A stretch of 64,000 bases of DNA from Opitutales bacterium (GCA_049599475.1 JBMYOQ010000008.1:32001-96000); one strand, 5' to 3'; shown: positions 38,619-48,603, counted from the stretch's first letter. Numbers and translations are program-made. Notes: a model not told the origin generated them from the sequence alone.

Positions 38619-38648
38619 AAGGCCTCCCGTTTAAGGGAGGCCTTTTTT
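38619..38648 (+). terminator. Rho-independent terminator
   Basis: AAGGCCTCCC-GTTTAA-GGGAGGCCTT followed by TTTT. Confidence 0.8.
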
Positions 38649-38653
38649 GCGTC

Positions 38654-39514
38654 ATGAAAATTTTCTTACTCGATAGCTTCAATTTAATTTTCCGAGCCTA
38701 TTATGGGATGCCGGATCTAACGCGTTCGGATGGATTGCCTACGGGGATGTTGCATGGTTGGGTGCGTACGCTGTGGTCGCTTGAAGATCAGTTTCAGCCT
38801 GATCAGATGATTGCAGTGATGGATTCGGGAGCTGACGATCGAGAGGAATTGCATGCGGATTACAAGGCCAACCGAGGAGAGACTCCCGAAGCGATTACTC
38901 AGCAACTGCCTTGGCTTGAAAAATTGACCGAGCGCATAGGGATACCCTTAGTCGAGTTTTCTGGGGCTGAGGCTGATGATGTCATCGGTGTATTAGCTCA
39001 TGCCTATCAAAGTCGGGGTGATGAGGTTGTCATCGTGAGCGCCGATAAAGATCTGGGGCAGTTGGTTAAAGAAGGTATCCGACAGCTGTATCCGCCTCCC
39101 ACCGCAAATCCGCGCCTTGGGTGGCGCATGATGGATACAGAGGCCGTTGAAAAGAAATTTGCGGTGCGTCCGGATCAGATCGCTGATTATCTGGCTTTGA
39201 TCGGAGATACTTCCGACAACATTGATGGCATCCCGGGTGTCGGACCGAAGACCGCTGCAAAGTGGCTGAATTCTTACGGAAATCTGGAGAATATTATTCA
39301 AAATTCTGGGCGCCTGAAGCCGCCGCGTTTCCAGCAAATCGTTGCGGATTCAGTGGAGCTCCTGAAGCGAAATCAGCGATTAACGCGTTTGAATCTCGGG
39401 CTGGATGTGGAGATACCGGAACCGATGAGCGTCGATGTGCTTGCCGCGAGCTCGATTCTTGAAGAACTAGAAATGAAAAAAGCCGCAAGGGATCTTGCGG
39501 CTCGTATAAAGTAG
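38654..39514 (+). CDS. Stand-alone 5'-3' exonuclease (PolA N-terminal / flap endonuclease-like)
   Basis: LLDSFNLIFRAYY, YKANR, EADDVIG, SADKDL and H3TH motif GDTSDNIDGIPGVGPKTA. Confidence 0.93.
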   Translation: MKIFLLDSFNLIFRAYYGMPDLTRSDGLPTGMLHGWVRTLWSLEDQFQPDQMIAVMDSGADDREELHADYKANRGETPEAITQQLPWLEKLTERIGIPLVEFSGAEADDVIGVLAHAYQSRGDEVVIVSADKDLGQLVKEGIRQLYPPPTANPRLGWRMMDTEAVEKKFAVRPDQIADYLALIGDTSDNIDGIPGVGPKTAAKWLNSYGNLENIIQNSGRLKPPRFQQIVADSVELLKRNQRLTRLNLGLDVEIPEPMSVDVLAASSILEELEMKKAARDLAARIK

Positions 39515-39533
39515 TGGAGTTGGGCGAGGGGAG

Positions 39534-40274
39534 TTATTCTTCTCCGCCGACCTTCGGGTCGTAGATGTAGCCCACGCCGTGAATTGTGCGGAAGGCTTCG
39601 AAAGAAGTATTATGCCGATTGAAGTGATCACGGATTTTTACGATATACTGGTCGAGTGAACGACTGCGGACATCCGCGTGAATCCCCCATACGGCGTGGA
39701 TAAGGCTTCGGCGTGTGAGTACTGTATGAGGATTGGATACAAGGTATACCAGGATCCCGAGCTCTTTACGCCCAATCTTCTCCGTGCCGCCATCCGGGAA
39801 TTGCATCTCAAGGCGTTGTGGATTTACCACGACATCACAGAATTTGAAGTCCTCGTTCGCAACCGTAGCGTTCTGAGTAATATGGAAGTCCTTATTCGTT
39901 TCCGCTCGACGTAACACGGCGTGAATACGTGCGATTAGCTCGGGGAAGGAGAATGGCTTGGTGATGTAATCGTCACCCCCCATTTCGAGTCCCTTGACCT
40001 TCTGCACTTCAGAGCTGTTTCCGGTAAGGAAGATCACTGGGATTTGCACATTCATGCGCTTGAGTTCTTCGAGAAGACTGAAGCCTGAACCGTCTGGCAA
40101 ATTTACGTCCAGAAGCATTAGATTCGCGAAGTTGTTCTTCAGGAAACGCGGTACATTCGCTGTCCTGTAGTAAACTTGAGTCATCATGCCCGCGAGTTCG
40201 AGTTGTTCGGCAATCAGGTTCGCGAGCTCTTTTTCGTCGTCGACGACAAGGATAAGGGGTTTGGGCTTAGACAT
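39534..40274 (-). CDS. OmpR-family response regulator
   Basis: ILVVDDE, LLDVNLPD, GGDDYITKPF and winged helix ...RTIHGVGY. Confidence 0.93.
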   Translation of the reverse strand: MSKPKPLILVVDDEKELANLIAEQLELAGMMTQVYYRTANVPRFLKNNFANLMLLDVNLPDGSGFSLLEELKRMNVQIPVIFLTGNSSEVQKVKGLEMGGDDYITKPFSFPELIARIHAVLRRAETNKDFHITQNATVANEDFKFCDVVVNPQRLEMQFPDGGTEKIGRKELGILVYLVSNPHTVLTRRSLIHAVWGIHADVRSRSLDQYIVKIRDHFNRHNTSFEAFRTIHGVGYIYDPKVGGEE

Positions 40275-40767
40275 AGGCCTGGGCAGAATTGAGTTCTCGG
40301 ATGTCCATCAAAACTTCTTGAGCGTGGAGGTCGGGTTTTACTTTGCGGTAGGTTTTGAGAATTTTCCCGTCCGGTCCTACGAGGAATGAGACCCTATGAA
40401 TGCCTTCATAGATTTTCCCCATAAACTTCTTTTCTCCGTAAACGCCAAATGCTCGGGCGATTTCGAAGGATGAGGTGTCGGAGGCCAGGAAAAAGGGAAG
40501 CTGATATTTCTTACGAAACTTCTCATGGGACGCATATGAGTCTCCACTGACACCGATTACTGGAAAATCCACATCTGTGAAATCTTGATGTGCATCTCTA
40601 AAGGCGCATGCTTCTTTTGTGCAGCCAGGGGTGTCGTCTTTCGGGTAAAAATAAATAAGAAAAGCTTTTCCTGCTAATTCTTGTGTATTTGCCGAGACGC
40701 CTTCCTTGCTGACAAAATCGAGTGTGGGAGCAATTGCCCCCTCTGCTAGCGGTTCAATCGAAGGCAT
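40267..40767 (-). CDS. bcp: Peroxiredoxin Bcp/PrxQ
   Basis: YFYPKDDTPGCTKEAC. Start MPSIEP at 40767 preferred. Confidence 0.93.
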   Translation of the reverse strand: MPSIEPLAEGAIAPTLDFVSKEGVSANTQELAGKAFLIYFYPKDDTPGCTKEACAFRDAHQDFTDVDFPVIGVSGDSYASHEKFRKKYQLPFFLASDTSSFEIARAFGVYGEKKFMGKIYEGIHRVSFLVGPDGKILKTYRKVKPDLHAQEVLMDIRELNSAQAYV

Positions 40768-40952
40768 GGGGTAGTTTGTAAGTTCAGCTGTAAAGATCGT
40801 ATGAAAACGTAATTCGTTAAGGTGGGCCTGCTGATTTTTTTTTACAATTTCAAAATGCGTGCGGTGACCCATTTTCATGACTTTATTCTGCGTGGTGGAA
40901 TAGCAGTCGTGAAGTCTCCTGTTTACTGAACTGAAACGTAGTTAGTCGTTGC

Positions 40953-41804
40953 CTAGAGCCTGCAGTTATTAATGTGAGTTTCCAGGATTGCTGTGGCGCC
41001 AATTCCTTCGAGGGCATCCATTACCTCGTTGAGGTTTTTCCGTTTCACCATGACTCGCATTGCGGACCATTCTGAATCTTCAAGTTTAGATACCGTGGGA
41101 GATTTAAATCCGGGAGTAATTTTTTTCGCCTCCTCAATGCTTTGGGTGGGAACGTTGTATTCCAGTAAAGACCAAGAATTAGAGATGACGACCCCTTCAA
41201 GCCGGCGTGTTACGATATCGGCTACTTCGGGGATGCGCACCGATTTATTTTGGAGCAATACTACCTCGTAGGATTCGATATCCTCGAGGACGCGGAGGTT
41301 ATTCGCGACCAAAGTACTTCCGGTTTCGACTAAGTCGACTATCGCATCGGCGACACCGAGAGATATCATGATTTCAACGGAACCAGATAGTGACATGAGA
41401 TGCGCGCTGGCTCCATTTGCCGAAAAGTGGCGCTTGGTGATCTGAGGGAAACTCGTTGCGATGCGTTTACCATCGAGGTCGGCGACAGATTTGTAATCCG
41501 AATCGTTGGGTACGCAGATCGACATGCGGCATTTGCCCACGCCGAGTCGGAGGCGGATATCCAAGTCGACACCGGCTTCTTGGACGGAGTCTAGGCCCGT
41601 TAAGCCCATGTCGAGAGCACCTTCTGCGCAGAGCACCGGAATATCGGACCCTCGGAGAAAGATAATCTCGATCGGCATGCCTTTTACTTTTGCGAAAAGG
41701 CTACGGTTCTGCCGTCGAAACTTGATTCCAGCCCGCTCAAACAGCTTGGCGGATTCTTCGGCCAATCTCCCTTTGCTGGGGAGTCCTATGCGTAAATTTT
41801 CCAT
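40953..41804 (-). CDS. hisG: ATP phosphoribosyltransferase (long form)
   Basis: LPSKGRL, GSVE, ADAIVDLVETGSTL and C-terminal regulatory domain (PG.KSPTVS.L). Confidence 0.97.
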   Translation of the reverse strand: MENLRIGLPSKGRLAEESAKLFERAGIKFRRQNRSLFAKVKGMPIEIIFLRGSDIPVLCAEGALDMGLTGLDSVQEAGVDLDIRLRLGVGKCRMSICVPNDSDYKSVADLDGKRIATSFPQITKRHFSANGASAHLMSLSGSVEIMISLGVADAIVDLVETGSTLVANNLRVLEDIESYEVVLLQNKSVRIPEVADIVTRRLEGVVISNSWSLLEYNVPTQSIEEAKKITPGFKSPTVSKLEDSEWSAMRVMVKRKNLNEVMDALEGIGATAILETHINNCRL

Positions 41805-41810
41805 GAGATA

Positions 41811-42149
41811 TTATTGAGTTCTCGATGCCTTCTCTTCGAGGCCAGATATTCCAAAGCGTTTTGCCAGTTCTTGTTCGACGTCTTCGAGGCGTATGTCGTT
41901 GTTCGCCATTAAAACGAATAGATGGTAGATGACATCTGCCGCTTCATAAATGGTGTGCTGGCGGCCCTCTTCGCCGGGCTCGCTGGCTGCTTCGACGACT
42001 TCGTTGGCTTCCTCGAGCACCTTGGCGCCGATTTTGGGCAATCCTTTTCGAAATAAACTAGCGGTGTAGGATTTTTCAGACGGGTTGCTCTTGCGATCTT
42101 GGATCACGGACATCAGTTCGCGAAGAATATCTGTTTGGTCTTGGGCCAT
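41811..42149 (-). CDS. hisE: Phosphoribosyl-ATP diphosphatase
   Basis: SYTASLF, KVLEEANEV and EAADVIYH. Confidence 0.95.
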   Translation of the reverse strand: MAQDQTDILRELMSVIQDRKSNPSEKSYTASLFRKGLPKIGAKVLEEANEVVEAASEPGEEGRQHTIYEAADVIYHLFVLMANNDIRLEDVEQELAKRFGISGLEEKASRTQ

Positions 42150-42433
42150 GGTGCAAAGTTTGTGAGTAGAACTTCTCGCGGAAATGGGTCAAGAGTCCGC
42201 TCAGGTTTTTTGGGAATCTCCGGAGCTTCTAGGGCGGAATTTTGAGTGATATTTTAAAACCGTGATAATTAACACGGGAATCCGGTGCTGATGTGGATTT
42301 TTACCTTGATTAACAATGAGTTGGAGCATTTTATCTGACCCCTTTCCGCTATTGCCGGGGGCTTCCTGGAAATAGCACAAACACTAAAAATCCAAATAAC
42401 CCTTAACCCTCTCGAAAGAGAGAACTATCATAC

Positions 42434-44095
42434 ATGAGTTCCTTAATGGACGAACTAATGGCTGAATCTCAGTTCCAGCAACTGGGTGAAGGCTCAATCA
42501 TCAAAGGCACAATTATCGAAGTGCGGCCAAACGAAGTCGTTGTAGACATCGGAGGCAAATCAGAAGGCGTCATCCCTGGCCACGAATTTTTCGATATCGG
42601 GGAGCTGCAAATCGGAGAAGAAATCGAAGTATTTCTCGAGAAGCTAGAAGACAAGGAAGGTAATCCTATCCTGTCATTCGATAAAGCTGAGCAGAAGAAA
42701 AACTGGGAGAACATCCTCAGCAAGTGTGAAGAAGGATCTATTGTCCAAGGCCGCGTGAAGGCTAAGGTCAAGGGTGGTCTTATCGTCACAATCGGCGTGG
42801 ATTCTTTCTTGCCTGCTTCTCAGATCGATATCCAGCCGCCAAAGAATTTGGACCAATACGTTGGCCAAACTTATGACTTTAAAGTACTCAAGATCAATAC
42901 CGAGCGCCGCAACATCGTTGTATCTCGCCGCGAGTTGATCGAAGAGCAACGCCAAGAAAAGCGCCGCAAGCTTCTCGACGAAGTTTCACCGGGCGATCAG
43001 CGCACAGGTGTGGTCAAGAACATCACCGATTACGGTGCGTTCATCGACCTCGATGGCCTCGACGGTCTCCTCCACATTACAGATATGTCTTGGGGCCGCA
43101 TCTCTCACCCAAGTGAGATGCTGAAGCAGGGTGAAGAAGTCACTGTGATGATCATCGAAGTAAATCGTGATCGCGAGCGTGTCTCTCTTGGCCTCAAGCA
43201 GCTTTCATCTAACCCATGGGAGAAGATCGAAGAGAAATACCCAATCGGTGTTAAGGTCAGCGGTAAGGTCGTTAACCTCGTTCCTTACGGTGCTTTCGTT
43301 GAAATCGAAGAAGGTGTTGAAGGTCTCGTGCACGTCACTGAGCTCTCTTGGACAAAGCGCATCTCCAAGCCAAGCGAAGTCCTTCGCGTTGGACAGGAAA
43401 TCGACGCAGTCGTTCTCGGTATTCAGAAAGAGGAGCAGAAGATTTCTCTCGGTGTTCGCCAGCTCGATGCGAATCCTTGGGATATGGTCCGCCACAACTA
43501 CCCAGCAGGTGCACGCGTTCGTGGACAAGTCCGCAACCTCACCAGCTACGGTGCTTTCGTAGAACTCGAAGAAGGTATCGACGGTATGATCCACGTGTCA
43601 GACATGAGCTGGACACGTAAGGTAAACCACCCAAGCGAAGTCCTCAAGAAGGGCGACGAAGTGAACGCGATCGTTCTCGATGTAGATGCAAGCCAACAGC
43701 GTATCTCCCTCGGCATGAAGCAAATCACTGTCGACCCATGGGAAGAAATCGAATCTTACTTCAAGATCGGTGACGTCGTTAAGGGCAAGGTCTCTAAGAT
43801 CACCAGCTACGGTGCATTCGTAGAGATGGAGCACGACATCGACGGTATGGTTCACATCTCTCAAATCAGCGAAGAGCGGATTGAGAAGGTGAAAGACATC
43901 ATGAATGTCGGTGACGAAATCTCAGCTCGTGTCATCAAGATCGACCGCGAAGAGCGCCGTATCGGACTCTCCGTCAAGGCAGCGAATTACGACGAAGACG
44001 AACTCGAGCGCGAGCGTATCGCATTCGATGCTCTCAACAGCAGCGACGACCTCGCGAACTTGGGAGACATCCTCGACAACGTCCCAACCAAGTAA
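42434..44095 (+). CDS. rpsA: 30S ribosomal protein S1
   Basis: Six S1 repeats (YGAFVE..EG.DG..HVS..SW) and the codon bias of a highly expressed gene. Confidence 0.98.
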   Translation: MSSLMDELMAESQFQQLGEGSIIKGTIIEVRPNEVVVDIGGKSEGVIPGHEFFDIGELQIGEEIEVFLEKLEDKEGNPILSFDKAEQKKNWENILSKCEEGSIVQGRVKAKVKGGLIVTIGVDSFLPASQIDIQPPKNLDQYVGQTYDFKVLKINTERRNIVVSRRELIEEQRQEKRRKLLDEVSPGDQRTGVVKNITDYGAFIDLDGLDGLLHITDMSWGRISHPSEMLKQGEEVTVMIIEVNRDRERVSLGLKQLSSNPWEKIEEKYPIGVKVSGKVVNLVPYGAFVEIEEGVEGLVHVTELSWTKRISKPSEVLRVGQEIDAVVLGIQKEEQKISLGVRQLDANPWDMVRHNYPAGARVRGQVRNLTSYGAFVELEEGIDGMIHVSDMSWTRKVNHPSEVLKKGDEVNAIVLDVDASQQRISLGMKQITVDPWEEIESYFKIGDVVKGKVSKITSYGAFVEMEHDIDGMVHISQISEERIEKVKDIMNVGDEISARVIKIDREERRIGLSVKAANYDEDELERERIAFDALNSSDDLANLGDILDNVPTK

Positions 44096-44120
44096 TTGGG
44101 AAAGTAATTTCTTACACATC

Positions 44121-44159
44121 AAAGGCGCTCTGCGAAATGCAGGGCGCCTTTTTCGTTTT
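44121..44159 (+). terminator. Rho-independent terminator of rpsA
   Basis: AAAGGCGCTCTGC-GAAAT-GCAGGGCGCCTTT followed by a T-rich tail. Confidence 0.85.
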
Positions 44160-44336
44160 CAGGTGTCGCCTAATCAAAAGCTTACGAAAGGCGTAGAGTT
44201 GGAGATGAACCGCGAATGAACACGGATAATAAGCCCCACGTGTTTACGATTTATGTTTATCCGTCCATTGCTGCGCCTTCTTCGGCCAGCCTACGTCGTG
44301 GTAAAATAGATCGTTTTGAAAGTACTCTATAAACAC

Positions 44337-44366
44337 AAAAAACGCCTCAGCGAATGTGAGGCGTTT
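44337..44366 (-). terminator. Rho-independent terminator of galE
   Basis: Minus strand reads AAACGCCTCA-CATTCGC-TGAGGCGTTT followed by TTT. Confidence 0.8.
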
Positions 44367-44397
44367 GGAAAATTTAAGAGACGTGTAGCTGTCGATC

Positions 44398-45387
44398 CTA
44401 GTCGGCGTATCCTTCGGGGTTGCTCTTATGCCACTTCCACGCGGTCTCTACGATACTGTCTATGGTTGGGTATTGGATTTCCCAGCCAAGCTCGGTGACA
44501 GCCTTTGTATTGTCTGCGTAAAGTGCTGGTGGGTCGCCTGCGCGGCGTCCTTGCTCGACTACGGGAACTGTCAGTCCAGTAACTTTCTCAACCGCAGCAA
44601 TCACTTCGCGTACTGAGAAGGGTGTGCCTGTTCCGAGGTTGTAGAAGAGGCCTGTGCCAGGCTCGCCGAACTTATCGAAGGCGGCGATGTGGGCGCGCGC
44701 CAGATCGTTTACGTGGATGTAGTCGCGCTGACAGGTCCCATCCGGTGTCGGATAGTCTGTGCCGAAAATCGCGATATTTTTGCGGCGGCCAGTTGCGGCA
44801 TCGAAAATTAGAGGAATGAGGTGGGTTTCGGGATCGTGATGTTCGCCGATTTCACCGGTCTCGTCTGCACCAGATGCATTGAAGTAGCGGAATGCCGCGA
44901 AACTCAGACCGTAGGCATGGGCGTAGGCCTTAAGCGCGTTCTCGATGTCGAGCTTGGTCTGCCCATAGGGGTTGATCGGGCTCTGGGGGGTCTCTTCGGT
45001 GATCGGAAGTGTCTCTACCACACCGTAAGTCGCACAGGTTGAGGAGAATACGAATTTTTTGACGTCGCAATCGATCATCGCCTTCAACAGGCGGTGCGTC
45101 GCGATCACGTTGTTATCATAGTATTTGTAAGGCTCGGTAACGGACTCGCCTACATAGGCATAGGCCGCAAAGTGCATGACGACCTCAATGTTTTCCTTTT
45201 TTAGGATCTCCGAGACAGCCGCCTGATTCCCCAGGTCCACTTCGTAAAAGGGAATATCCGCTGCGACTGCAGAACGGTGACCATAGACCAAGTTATCCAA
45301 AACGACTGGGGTGTGCCCCGCAGTTTGGAGCGCTCGCACGCAATGACTACCAATATATCCGGCTCCTCCGACGACTAATACTTTCAT
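44398..45387 (-). CDS. galE: UDP-glucose 4-epimerase
   Basis: GGAGYIGSH, HFAA...VGES, FSSTCATYG, YGQTK, RYFNASG and DGTC.RDYIHV. Confidence 0.97.
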   Translation of the reverse strand: MKVLVVGGAGYIGSHCVRALQTAGHTPVVLDNLVYGHRSAVAADIPFYEVDLGNQAAVSEILKKENIEVVMHFAAYAYVGESVTEPYKYYDNNVIATHRLLKAMIDCDVKKFVFSSTCATYGVVETLPITEETPQSPINPYGQTKLDIENALKAYAHAYGLSFAAFRYFNASGADETGEIGEHHDPETHLIPLIFDAATGRRKNIAIFGTDYPTPDGTCQRDYIHVNDLARAHIAAFDKFGEPGTGLFYNLGTGTPFSVREVIAAVEKVTGLTVPVVEQGRRAGDPPALYADNTKAVTELGWEIQYPTIDSIVETAWKWHKSNPEGYAD

Positions 45388-45608
45388 ATGAGTAAACGGA
45401 TAAAGTAGATCGCCGTAGAAAATCCAAGCCTTTGTACGCAGAAAACCTTTTTAGATCGAATTGCTTAAGAATCTGAAGCGATTTTAGTGTGTGGCCCCTT
45501 ACTATTTATGAGATTATTTGATTGTTTTAGAGAATCGAATTGGCGGGAAATCGCGCCTTCACCGTTGACAGCCAGAGGGAAAGTGATGGTCTTTCCGGTT
45601 TCACATCT

Positions 45609-46844
45609 ATGGAATTGAGCCGTATAGTTATCACAGGTCTGGGTCTTACATCACCCCTTGGGGATGATCTCGCCACTTTCAGAAAGAACCTCCTCGAGGG
45701 AAAAAGCGGCATCCAAACAAAGGATCTAAGATATATCGGTGAGGTGCCTGCGGGCGCTTGTAATTTTGATGCACGCAAGTATCAAAACCGCAAAGAGATC
45801 CGTATAGGAACCCGTGCGGGAAGCATTTCTATTTATTGCTGCAGAGAGGCTGTCGCGAACAGTGGACTAGACATCGATTCAATCGATAAATCTCGGATCG
45901 GTGTCTACATCGGCACAACTGAACACGGCAATGTTGAGACCGAAAACGAGGTCTACAATATTTCTCAGTTCGACTACGACACGAAGTATTGGACGCATCA
46001 TCATAACCCGCGGACGGTCTCAAACAATCCGGCAGGTGAAGTGACGATCAATATGGGTATCACGGGGCCGCATTATGCCATTGGAGCTGCTTGCGCAGCG
46101 GGCAATGCCGGCATCATCCAGGGTATGCAAATGCTTCAGCTCGGAGTGGTCGACTATGCCTTAGCCGGTGGAGTCTCGGAAAGTATTCATACATTTGGAA
46201 TTTTTGCGGCATTCAAAAGCCAGGGTGCTCTAGGTGAACATGCGGATCCTGGAAAAGCATCGCGACCGTTCGACGTAGATCGCAACGGAATTGTCGTCTC
46301 TGAGGGAGGCGCGGTATACGTCTTGGAACGACTTGAAGATGCACAAGCACGCGGGGCTCATATCATCGCTGAAATTGCAGGTTATAGCATTAATTCGGAT
46401 GCGAGTGACTATGTCCTGCCAAATCCGATCCAGCAGGCTGCGTGTATGCGCGAGGCTTTGAAACGTGCTGGTATGCAGCCAGACGAGATCGATTTGGTAA
46501 GCACACACGCGACCTCGACGCCTCAAGGCGACATCCAGGAGTGTGAAGCTGTCCGCGAGGTATTCGCGAGCTCTTCGAAGACTTACGTGAACAATACTAA
46601 GAGCTATATCGGGCATGCGATGGGCGCAGCGGGTGCCCTGGAACTCGCTGGAAATTTGCCGTCATTTGAGGATGGCTTGATCCATCCTACGATCAACGTG
46701 GATAAACTTGACCCAGCTTGTGAATTACCCAACCTCGTCATCAATTCGGTCGAGGACGCGGGTTCCGTAAACACTATTCTCAATAGCTCCTTTGGTATGC
46801 TGGGTATTAATTCAGCGCTAATCGTGAAAAAATTTGAGAACTAG
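45609..46844 (+). CDS. Beta-ketoacyl-ACP synthase (FabF-like, divergent)
   Basis: Cys-His-His triad (GAACAAG, STHATST, KSYIGHAMGAAG) and SFG motif. ATG at 45609. Confidence 0.9.
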   Translation: MELSRIVITGLGLTSPLGDDLATFRKNLLEGKSGIQTKDLRYIGEVPAGACNFDARKYQNRKEIRIGTRAGSISIYCCREAVANSGLDIDSIDKSRIGVYIGTTEHGNVETENEVYNISQFDYDTKYWTHHHNPRTVSNNPAGEVTINMGITGPHYAIGAACAAGNAGIIQGMQMLQLGVVDYALAGGVSESIHTFGIFAAFKSQGALGEHADPGKASRPFDVDRNGIVVSEGGAVYVLERLEDAQARGAHIIAEIAGYSINSDASDYVLPNPIQQAACMREALKRAGMQPDEIDLVSTHATSTPQGDIQECEAVREVFASSSKTYVNNTKSYIGHAMGAAGALELAGNLPSFEDGLIHPTINVDKLDPACELPNLVINSVEDAGSVNTILNSSFGMLGINSALIVKKFEN

Positions 46845-46894
46845 GGCAAACGCCTCATCTTTCGATATTATACTGATAGCTCACCTGAAATTTT

Positions 46895-47155
46895 ATGACC
46901 AAAGACGACGTCAAACAGATTGTTAAAGACATCATTGAAGAAATTGCTCCAGACGAAGATCTCGGAAGCTTGCAAGATGAGGTGCGCCTGCGCGACCAGT
47001 TGGATTTGGATTCAATGGACTTTTTGGACATCGTCATGGAGCTGCGCAAGCAACACGGCATCGAAGTCCCAGAGGCGGACTACCCTGAGTTGGCGAGCCT
47101 CCAGAGCTGCGCAGACTACCTGCTCCCTAAGTTTGAAGCTAAAGCAGCTTCCTAA
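46895..47155 (+). CDS. Acyl carrier protein
   Basis: Acidic 86 aa protein with DLDSMDFLDIVMEL phosphopantetheine site. Confidence 0.92.
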   Translation: MTKDDVKQIVKDIIEEIAPDEDLGSLQDEVRLRDQLDLDSMDFLDIVMELRKQHGIEVPEADYPELASLQSCADYLLPKFEAKAAS

Positions 47156-47160
47156 GGCAC

Positions 47161-48594
47161 TTGTCTAAAGTGACGTCGCTGGACGGCCAGCATTTTGATA
47201 CCGTAATCATCGGCGCTGGTATGTCTGGCCTGGCCGCCGGTATCCGCTTGGCGCTCGCTGAAAAGAAGGTGCTCATTCTCGAGCGTCATGAGGCGCCTGG
47301 TGGGTTGAATTCCTTCTACTCGCTTCGCAAACGACGGTACGACGTAGGCCTGCATGCGATGACGAATTATGTTCGGCCCGGGGTGAAAAACACTCCATTG
47401 GGCAAGATCTTTCGGCAGTTGCGCATCAAGCGAGATGCCTTCGATCTCTCGGAACAAATAGGCTCCCGAATTGCGTTCCCTGGTGTGGACCTACGCTTCA
47501 GTAACGATTTTGAACTCCTCGAATCTGAAGTCGCTCGAGCCTTTCCGGACCAGATTGATGGATTTCGCGAATTGAAGAAATTTGTGGAGACTTTTGATGC
47601 TACGAATCTCGATGCAGGCGAGGAGTCCGCAGACCCCACGATCGCGCGTTTCATAACCAATCGGAAGCTCCGGCATATGCTCTATAGCCCGATCTGCTAT
47701 TATGGTAGCTCGCGCGAAAACGACATCGATTTGGGGCAATTCGTAATCATGTTTCGTTCGCTCTTCATGGAAGGGTTTGCTCGTCCTTTTCAAGGTGTCA
47801 GGCAAGTGATTCGTGCACTTACCAAAAAATATGCGGAACTGGGCGGATTGCGTAAAATGCGTCTAGGTGTGAAAGCGATTCGCGCTCAAGGGGGCCGAGC
47901 AGATGTGCTCGAGCTCGACAATGGCGAGACGATATCTGCGGAAAACGTTATTTCTACGATTGGTTTGGTTGAGACAGAGCGACTCTGTTCAGACAAGGCC
48001 GCAGTCGAGAAAGACGTGAGGGTGGGGAAGCTCGCCTTCACTGAAACGATCACCGTATTCGATGGACAGCCGCAGGATATGGGATGGTCGGATACGATTA
48101 TTTTCTTCAACGATTCAGAAAATTTCGATTATGCCTCACCGAAGGATGCCCTCGTGGATCCGCGTAGTGGGGTTATTTGTTTCCCGAATAACTACCAGTA
48201 CGCCGAGGGACAGCAGTTGGACGCTGGGTGGTTGCGTGTTACTGCACTTGCAAATTATGATCGCTGGAAGGCTCTCGAAGAGAGTGAATACCGCGTATCC
48301 AAGGACCTCTGGTATGATAAACTTCAGACCGCAGTAGAGCCGTTTTTAGCTACTGCCAAACCTGCAGATTTCGAGAGCAAGATTTTAGACAAAGATATGT
48401 TTACACCTCTTACTGTGGAGCGATTCACAGGGCATCTCGGGGGAGCGATATATGGTTCCACCGAGAAAGTTAAGGACGGGACAACACATCTGGATAACTT
48501 GTATCTCTGCGGTACAGACCAAGGCTTCCTGGGTATTGTCGGAGCGATGTTAAGCGGTATTTCGATTGTAAATCGCTACTTGGTTCAGCGCTAG
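47161..48594 (+). CDS. Phytoene-desaturase-family FAD/NAD(P)-dependent oxidoreductase
   Basis: GAGMSGL...ILERH..PGG, DVGLHA, FTPLT..RFTG...GAIYG and NLYLCG...G.LGIVGAMLSG. Confidence 0.85.
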   Translation: MSKVTSLDGQHFDTVIIGAGMSGLAAGIRLALAEKKVLILERHEAPGGLNSFYSLRKRRYDVGLHAMTNYVRPGVKNTPLGKIFRQLRIKRDAFDLSEQIGSRIAFPGVDLRFSNDFELLESEVARAFPDQIDGFRELKKFVETFDATNLDAGEESADPTIARFITNRKLRHMLYSPICYYGSSRENDIDLGQFVIMFRSLFMEGFARPFQGVRQVIRALTKKYAELGGLRKMRLGVKAIRAQGGRADVLELDNGETISAENVISTIGLVETERLCSDKAAVEKDVRVGKLAFTETITVFDGQPQDMGWSDTIIFFNDSENFDYASPKDALVDPRSGVICFPNNYQYAEGQQLDAGWLRVTALANYDRWKALEESEYRVSKDLWYDKLQTAVEPFLATAKPADFESKILDKDMFTPLTVERFTGHLGGAIYGSTEKVKDGTTHLDNLYLCGTDQGFLGIVGAMLSGISIVNRYLVQR

Positions 48595-48603
48595 AGAAGA
48601 GCT

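Noticed and set aside
45565..45593. Perfect TTGACA upstream of the KS gene
   Set aside because: No convincing -10 hexamer at 16-18 nt spacing, so it is not reported as a promoter.
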